Positions 56,701 to 64,000 of a stretch of DNA of 64,000 nt are shown one piece after another. Position numbers and translations under genes: made by a program. Each line of letters starts with the position of its first letter. Position 1 is the stretch's first letter. Source of the stretch: Macrostomum lignano (taxonomy: Eukaryota); contig NIVC01002432.1 in the NCBI GenBank assembly GCA_002269645.1, positions 1 to 64,000 on the forward strand, read 5' to 3'. The notes beneath the pieces were generated by a model, which made no database searches, was not told the DNA's origin, and saw only the letters and a program-made list of their open reading frames with translations.

Positions 56701-57205
56701 ATGTCGCTTCTTACGTCACTGCTGATCCACCTCACTTCATGTCGCTTCTTACGTCACTGCTGATCCACCTCACTTCATGTCGCTTCTTACGTCACTGCTG
56801 ATCCACCTCACTTCATGTCACTTCTTACGTCAGGACGTGCTGCTCCACTTCAATTTATGTCACTTCTTACGTCACTGCTCGAACCTCACTTCAATCCGTC
56901 GTCGCACCCCTCGCAGACTGCAGCGCCTGGTCGACAGCGGCTTAATGGCCCGTTGGATTAAGAAATGGTGGAGCGCCGAGAACATCTGCGCTATAGAAAG
57001 CGACCTGTCTGACGCGAAGCCAGTCGACCTGCTGCAGGCCGGCGGCACTTTCATCATTCTGGCCGGCTTCTTCGCCGCTGGCGCGGTGGTGCTGCTGGCC
57101 GAGTGCCTGCTGCACCAGATCACCCTCTGCTGCCGGAGATGCAGAACGGGCAACATTGGGAGGGCCGGCCGTCAGGGCTACAAAGTCAGTGGATCGCCTC
57201 AGTAG
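47720..57205 (+). CDS. Ionotropic glutamate receptor-like subunit, gene B (paralog of gene A), 805 aa
   Basis: 11 exons: 47720-47816, 48252-48365, 49083-49537, 50144-50593, 50872-50981, 51435-51525, 53424-53535, 53774-53989, 55322-55539, 55923-56188, 56917-57205 (sum 2418 nt; intron 8 has a GC donor). Five exon lengths (110, 91, 112, 216, 218) equal those of gene A. Confidence 0.9.
47990..48220. repeat. 45-bp tandem repeat x4-5 in gene B intron 1
   Basis: GTTGTCATGAAGTGTCCATTCTGGGCTGTCACTGCCTCCACTGCA. Confidence 0.9.
48412..49055. repeat. 8-bp TGACAGT(C/T) array in gene B intron 2
   Basis: Direct reading. Confidence 0.95.
51070..51375. repeat. ~80-bp diverged tandem repeat x~4 in gene B intron 5
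   Basis: CACGACCTCCACCTCACTCCGCTGAT…CTCCTTATTGG recurs. Confidence 0.8.
52735..53275. repeat. 22-bp minisatellite (GTAGGTCAGGCAGTGAACTTCT) in gene B intron 6
   Basis: Direct reading. Confidence 0.95.
54040..54445. repeat. (TAATC/TAATG)n pentamer array in gene B intron 8
   Basis: Direct reading. Confidence 0.85.
54745..55340 (+). repeat. 85-bp tandem array that includes the 3' splice site and first ~18 nt of gene B exon 9
   Basis: …TCAACAG|GCCAGGACTTCTTTCCC at 54812 (variant ACCAGG), 54897, 54982, 55067, 55152, 55237 and 55322 (the real exon start). Confidence 0.95.
56262..56895. repeat. 38-bp minisatellite (CTGATCCACCTCACTTCATGTCGCTTCTTACGTCACTG) in gene B intron 10
   Basis: Direct reading. 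Confidence 0.95.
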
Positions 57206-57249
57206 AAAAGCTTTAAAGAATAAATCCACGGAACTATATAGTTTGGGGT

Positions 57250-57525
57250 TTTAGCCTACTGGTCAGAGCGTCGGACTCACGACTGAAAGGTCGGGGGTTC
57301 GATTCTCGACCCACTCGGAACAGTTTGTGTCCTCGAGCAACTCTGCATTGCTTCAGTTCACCCAGCTGTAAAATGAATTAGCTGGGGTAATTTAGGGGGG
57401 TGTGTGGCGACCCCCCAGTTCTTGGACTGAACAGCCGTACGCAGCCTTCAGATGCGCCGTGCAATGGCTGCGGCTGAGCTGTCGGTTGCACATCTGCCCA
57501 TAGTTATTATTATTACTATTATATT
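57250..57525 (+). mobile_element. tRNA-derived SINE, family 2, second copy
   Basis: Colinear with 11306-11617 (GGTCGGGGGTTCGATTC…CCACTCGGAACA…GGACTGAACAGCCGTACGCAGCCTTCAGATG…TTATTATTA); boundaries approximate. Confidence 0.85.
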
Positions 57526-58064
57526 TAATTATAATGCCATTATTTTTATCGGTGAACCAGCAATGGTAACTCAGACTCTGTATTCTGCACACATTTCCAT
57601 TGGATTGATTTTGAAAAAGTCATTTTAAAAACATGATTAAATATGCTTGTTATACTCGTAGTTTGTCTCCAATATATAAACTGGATAATAATTCAGTTTG
57701 CGAAATTAATATGATGATATAATCACTCTCAGGTTGCAGTTCATCAAAACGCGAGTTGAACTGCAACAATTCAATCTTACATTATAAAGTTAATCAATTT
57801 TTTGCGCCAACCATAACTTTAACGGTATACTACTACTTAGTAGCATAGTTCAGTTTAATAAGATTTGCTGTCATGCAAATTTTTGCATTATATTTACATC
57901 GGAAAATCCGTATTATTTTTCATCTAAAAATTACTAAACAGTTTATTATTGATGAATATCAAAGTGTTGTAAACTATAATATAAAGTGTTATATAAATCA
58001 GGCTTTCTGAATGCACTTTCTTACATTAAATTTACCTGCTGCGAGCTTTCGAATGTCCTCGACA

Positions 58065-59200
58065 AGATTATCCCAGATTATCCCAGATTATCCCAGAATA
58101 TCCCAGATTATTCCAGATTATCCCAGATTATCCCAGATTATCCCAGAATATCCCAGATTATTCCAGATTATCACAGATTATCTCAGATTATCCCAGATTA
58201 TCTAAATTATCCCAGATCATCCAGATTACCCAGATCATTCTGATTATCTCGATTATCCAGATTATTGAGATTATCTAGACTACCCAGATCATTCAGATTA
58301 TCCAGATTATTGAGATTATCTAGACTACCCAGATCATTCAGATTATCCAGATTATTGAGATTATCTAGACTACCCAGATCATTCAGATTATCCAGATTAT
58401 TGAGATTATCTAGACTACCCAGATCATTCAGATTATCCAGATTATTGAGATTATCTAGACTACCCAGATCATTCAGATTATCCAGATTATTGAGATTATC
58501 TAGACTACCCAGATCATTCAGATTATCCAGATTATTGAGATTATCTAGACTACCCAGATCATTCAGATTATCCAGATTATTGAGATTATCTAGACTACCC
58601 AGATCATTCTGATTATCCAGATTATTGAGATTATCTAGACTACCCAGATCATTCAGATTATCCAGATTATTGAGATTATCTAGACTACCCAGATCATTCA
58701 GATTATCCAGATTATTGAGATTATCTAGACTACCCAGATCATTCAGATTATCCAGATTATTGAGATTATCTAGACTACCCAGATCATTCTGATTATCCAG
58801 ATTATTGAGATTATCTAGACTACCCAGATCATTCAGATTATCCAGATTATTGAGATTATCTAGACTACCCAGATCATTCAGATTATCCAGATTATTGAGA
58901 TTATCTAGACTACCCAGATCATTCAGATTATCCAGATTATTGAGATTATCTAGACTACCCAGATCATTCAGATTATCCAGATTATTGAGATTATCTAGAC
59001 TACCCAGATCATTCAGATTATCCAGATTATTGAGATTATCTAGACTACCCAGATCATTCAGATTATCCAGATTATTGAGATTATCTAGACTACCCAGATC
59101 ATTCAGATTATCCAGATTATTGAGATTATCTAGACTACCCAGATCATTCAGATTATCCAGATTACTCAGATTATCCCAGATTTTCCCAGATTACTATCCA
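58065..59200. repeat. 9-bp CCAGATTAT monomers expanded into a 45-bp higher-order unit x~20
   Basis: ATTATTGAGA recurs every 45 nt from 58261. Confidence 0.95.
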
Positions 59201-59754
59201 GATTTAAAAGGTTATCCAGATTTCAAAGATTATAATCTTAATAATACCTACATGTAAATAAATAGGCTTTCGATTATAGGTTTTTTTGGCTTTAACGTGG
59301 TTTCGAAAACTGTAGAAAAAGTATCAACTCTGACTCTTGCTTCAGCTCCTTGAATGCTAATTTTGTTTTTTTGTTGGAATTTATCTTGCGGTTTGCCTGA
59401 TTTTTTGCCTCCTAAGGGGGGGGGGAGAATCGCTGCCTTTGAGCTGCAGGCAGGTCTGCCCTTGTCTGACCCAGTTCCCTGCCTTATGCCTTTCAACATT
59501 ACCTTTTTCTTTTTTAGCTCTCATACCCTCTGTGCTTTGGTCAATTAGCGATTTTCATAGTCGAGGAAGGGGGAAGATACTGCATGCGAACTGAGGCCTG
59601 CAGAGAGAATCCTTTGGGGATGGGGACAGTAACAGATGGGAGAAGTGCTGGGACGAATTTCCGAACTACTCAAGCAGACTGAACGACCGGTTCAGCATCA
59701 TAAATGAATTGGTGCATTATTTAGACCCAAAATATTGTTTCTAGCCGTGATCAC

Positions 59755-60505
59755 TGCCTACAGCATAGAGCAGATTCTGTAGCATCGGTCAAGTGGCAGA
59801 GGCTACAGCATAGAGCAGATTCTGTAGCATCGGTCAAGTGGCAGAGGCTACAGCATAGAGCAGATTCTGTAGCATCGGTCAAGTGGCAGAGGCTACAGCA
59901 TAGAGCAGATTCTGTAGCATCGGTCAAGTGGCAGAGGCTACAGCATAGAGCAGATTCTGTAGCATCGGTCAAGTGGCAGAGGCTACAGCATAGAGCAGAT
60001 TCTGTAGCATCGGTCAAGTGGCAGAGGCTACAGCATAGAGCAGATTCTGTAGCATCGGTCAAGTGGCAGAGGCTACAGCATAGAGCAGATTCTGTAGCAT
60101 CGGTCAAGTGGCAGAGGCTACAGCATAGAGCAGATTCTGTAGCATCGGTCAAGTGGCAGAGGCTACAGCATAGAGCAGATTCTGTAGCATCGGTCAAGTG
60201 GCAGAGGCTACAGCATAGAGCAGATTCTGTAGCATCGGTCAAGTGGCAGAGGCTACAGCATAGAGCAGATTCTGTAGCATCGGTCAAGTGGCAGAGGCTA
60301 CAGCATAGAGCAGATTCTGTAGCATCGGTCAAGTGGCAGAGGCTACAGCATAGAGCAGATTCTGTAGCATCGGTCAAGTGGCAGAGGCTACAGCATAGAG
60401 CAGATTCTGTAGCATCGGTCAAGTGGCAGAGGCTACAGCACAGAGCAGACCCCGTGGCATCGGTCAATTGGCAGAGGCTACAGCACAGAGCAGACCCCGT
60501 GGCAT
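59755..60505. repeat. 45-bp near-perfect tandem array x~16
   Basis: GCAGAGGCTACAGCATAGAGCAGATTCTGTAGCATCGGTCAAGTG. Confidence 0.95.
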
Positions 60506-61021
60506 CGGCCAGTTCGGGGAGCCTGCAGGCAGGCAAGGCAGGATGCTTAATGGGGGCAGCGGAAGCGCGGGCAGAGCAGCACAAAAGGCAGGCAGTGGCT
60601 GCTGATTGAGCGGAGGAATCCGGCAGGCAGGAACAGTGGAAGAGGCAGCCAGGTAGATTAGGAGTGGGGCGGAGGCTGGCGGGAAGCGAACGCCAAACAT
60701 CCGGCTGGGTAATCAGCATTGGCCCGATCAGGAAAAGACCTTCGCGCATCCGGGTTTGTTTGCAAGGTGCACAGGTTGGTGCCGGCTTATTCGCTCATCT
60801 CGTGACTCTCTCCCTCATTCTCGCGCGGGTTGGCAAATCAAACAGTGGGGGCGGGGAGAGCTGAGCTAATAGCTAGCATTAGAGCTGCTTTTCCGCGATT
60901 GACTCAAGCCACAGCTGCTGGGCTTAGGATAACCTGACGGAGAAAACGATGAGCTGTCTGATTTTTTAACATCGGCGAAGCGAGGGAAAATCGACAGGCG
61001 GATAAAGAGTTAGCAGGGTAC

Positions 61022-61690
61022 TAGGGTAGCCGAGCCAGAGCTATCCTGGATGGATATTGGGGTAGCCGAGCCAGAGCTATCCTGGATGGATATTGGGGTA
61101 GCCGAGCCAGAGCTATCCTGGATGGATATTGGGGTAGCCGAGCCAGAGCTATCCTGGATGGATATTGGGGTAGCCGAGCCAGAGTTACCCTGGATGGATA
61201 TTGGGGTAGCCGAGCCAGAGCTACCCTGGATGGATATTGGGGTAGCCGAGCCAGAGCTACCCTGGATGGATATTGGGGTAGCCGAGCCAGAGCTACCCTG
61301 GATGGATATTGGGGTAGCCGAGCCAGAGTTACCCTGGATGGATATTGGGGTAGCCGAGCCAGAGCTATCCTGGATGGATATTGGGGTAGCCGAGCCAGAG
61401 CTATCCTGGATGGATATTGGGGTAGCCGAGCCAGAGCTATCCTGGACGGGTATTGGGGTAGCCGAGCCAGAGTTACCCTGGATGGATATTGGGGTAGCCG
61501 AGCCAGAGCTATCCTGGACGGGTATTGGGGTAGCCGAGCCAGAGTTACCCTGGATGGATATTGGGGTAGCCGAGCCAGAGCTATCCTGGATGGATATTGG
61601 GGTAGCCGAGCCAGAGTTACCCTGGACGGGTATTGGGGTCGCCAAGCCGATCCTGGACAGATATTGGGGTCGCCAAGCCGGGAGCGAACT
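61022..61690. repeat. 36-bp tandem array x~17
   Basis: GGATGGATATTGGGGTAGCCGAGCCAGAGCTATCCT. Confidence 0.95.
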
Positions 61691-62279
61691 TGGACGGCCA
61701 CCTTGGGACATTGGGGTAGCAAACCCATGCCGGGTAAAAAGTAAAGCAAGGTAGAAGAGCTAGTAAAATTCTTCAGAAAATGAAATCGCTGTTAAACCTA
61801 GTCGGTTTCCCTGTCCAGTTGCAAATCCCGGAAGTTGGCCGCCCACTTCCCTTTATCAGCGGTCTGATTTATCGATCCGATTTAAGCTGCAAAATCAGCA
61901 CCACTTTTCGCTTTCTGCCATTGCCATGGCCCCTAAATCTCAAGCGAGACTTGCCAGCGAGCGAGCTGAATGAGAGCCGGGGGTGGGGGTTCCGGCACAG
62001 AAGCTCTTCCCCAGCCAGCTTAAAGAATTAGAATCCCTAAAAATCACTTTAGAACAAAAAGAGTCCAACAGGTGATTTCTGGCCCGATTGGGAAACTACT
62101 GCTTGTCGCCCTGGCGAGCGCTTAGCGCAGGAAAGTGTAGTATAAGAAATGTACTTTAGTAGCAGCTGGACTTGTGAAGCGAAAGGAGTGGAATGGAAGC
62201 TATTTTACACAGTTAACTTGCACTTGCTTCATTTTGGTTGTTCCGCCACTCTTAGTTCTGGCCTCTCACTGGTCAGTGC

Positions 62280-62715
62280 CCTTCTCTCCCTCTCCCTGTA
62301 TGCCTCTCTCCCTGCCTGCCTCTCTCTCTGACTGCCTCTCTCCCTCTCCCTGTCTGCTTCTGTCCCTCTCCCTCTCTCCCTCTCTTCTTCTCCTCCTCTC
62401 CTCCTCTCCCTTTCCCTTTCCCTCTCTCCCTCTCCCTCTCATCCTTTCCCTCTCTTCTTTTCCCTCTCTCCCTCTCCCTCCCTCTCCCTCCGTCTCCCTC
62501 TCTCCCTCTCTCCCTCTCTACATCTCTCCCTCTCCTCCTCTCCCTTTCTCCCTCTCCCTCTCTCGTTCTCCTCCTCTCCTCCTCTCCCTTTCCCTCTCTC
62601 CCTCTCCCTCTCATCCTTTCCCTCTCTCCCTCTCCCTCCGTCTCCCTCTCTCCCTCTCTCCCTCTCTGCCTCTCTTCATCTCCCTCTCTCCATTTCCGTG
62701 TCTTCCTCTCTCCCA
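62280..62715. repeat. CT-rich polypyrimidine tract
   Basis: Direct reading. Confidence 0.9.
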
Positions 62716-63854
62716 TGTCACAACATTTCTACCTGTCTTCTATTATTGAAGATTTATCCCTTTTAAACCTCTGCATCTCGTCACATTCTTACACAATCTT
62801 CATCTCCCACTTTCTGTCCATCACACTTCCTGTTGAGTTTCCCATGCTATCCCGCTTGATGAACATGGGGACAGGGCGCTTGCTTCTGCGACCGCAGGAA
62901 ATATTTCCAGTGATCCCTGAGCCGGTTCAACATTAGAAAAGTGATCGGCAGCTGTCCTCGGGTGCAGGCTCAAACGACCCCTTCATCATCGACTCTTGTT
63001 CCCAACTGCTGCTTAATTAACAAAACGAGGTCAAGTCTCGATTCCGTGTCTCGAACACAAAAAGGAAAGTTACGCCGGGTCAAGCCAAATCGCTTTCTTT
63101 AGCAAGACAGACTCATTCAACTGTATTGAGGCTCAGGCCCCTGGGCAGGTTTGGCCTTTCGTACTGAAATTTTCAATCAAGGATCCATTAACTAAGTTGA
63201 GAAGAAAAGAAGACTGGCGAAAATTCGAGTGCAACGATTTTGAAGAAATAATTCAAGAAGCATCTCTCTGATTTCCTATCTTCCTGTTTATCATCCAACT
63301 GATCGAGCATGCAAACACGGAATTTTTGAGCATTCATCGGAGCGGAATTATGACGTGCTCAAAATATAATAGATGGGGAATTGACTGGAGAGCTATATAT
63401 AAACTGGCTCGATACCCAAGAGGGGTTTTGGACACCAGTGTACTTGAACGCATCGGCAACAACACGGGCGCTGCATACTAAATATTAAAAGCGACGGAGG
63501 GTCCAGTCGCGAGTATTGCTGGATTGGCTTTTTCATAAGCAGTAAAATTTGTGAATTAATAAATGCGCTAGACAAGGACTAACTCATCAAGGCGCTCGCC
63601 TGTAAACTACCTCAGAACCAAACACTGGGCAGCACTTGAGCACTAATGGTGCTTCAAAAAGCACTGTGCACTTTACTGTCGAGGCTTGAGAACCCTCATT
63701 GGGACTCTGCGATATTAAAACGAATAATGCATCTGCAATCCCGCACTGCAATAGGAAATCTTCTCATTACAAAATAGCTCATGTCAGCTTTGAATTATTT
63801 AATATGATTCTAGCCATATCGTTTCAACCAATAGAATAGAATAGACATAGAACT

Positions 63855-64000
63855 AACCCTATCCCTAGCCCTAACCCTAGCCCTAGCTCTAGCCTAGCAC
63901 TAGCCCTAACCCTTACCACAGCCCAACCCTAACCCTAATCCTAGCCCTAGCCCTAGCCCTAGCCCTAACTCTAGCCTAACCCTAGCCTAACTCTAGCCCT
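63855..64000. repeat. Degenerate (CCCTAA/CCCTAG)n telomere-like repeat, running off the window end
   Basis: Direct reading. Confidence 0.8.

Noticed and set aside
58265-59257. Arg/Leu-rich repeat ORFs
   Set aside because: Translations of the 45-bp higher-order repeat
59751-60749. 332-aa Cys/His-rich repeat protein (LCCSLCHLTDATESA)n, possibly metal-binding
   Set aside because: The 45-bp units are identical at the DNA level with no synonymous variation, the start is non-ATG, and similar arrays throughout the window are non-coding; not excluded without RNA data
61010-61754. ORFs with 12-aa repeats in three frames
   Set aside because: A 36-bp DNA array open in several frames on both strands, with no coding signature

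Overview
Eukaryotic (metazoan) genomic DNA: spliceosomal introns, GC-rich exons, and AT-rich or minisatellite-filled introns. This architecture suggests a free-living flatworm such as Macrostomum (inference only). I reconstructed six protein-coding genes by hand from splice sites and reading phase: a divergent eIF5A paralog (+, 2 exons), a KEAP1 ortholog (+, 4 exons), SARAF/TMEM66 (-, 3 exons), a divergent RPL32 with an intronless CDS (+), and a head-to-head pair of paralogous ionotropic glutamate receptor-like genes (A: -, 12 exons, 794 aa; B: +, 11 exons, 805 aa). Both receptors replace the SYTANLAAF gate motif with (Y/L)YTADMIGY, and each carries one GC-AG intron at a different position. 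Mobile DNA comprises an internally deleted Harbinger transposon with a CAG target-site duplication, a Penelope-like remnant (GIY-YIG ORF, inverted pseudo-LTR, hammerhead ribozyme motif), two tRNA-derived SINE families (two copies each) and MITE-like elements. More than 30 distinct tandem arrays are present. The most unusual is an 85-bp array in receptor gene B that repeats the intron/exon junction itself, placing six decoy 3' splice sites, each leading to a stop codon, in front of the real M3 exon. Most long ORFs in the supplied track are translations of tandem repeats and are not genes. Repeat boundaries are approximate.
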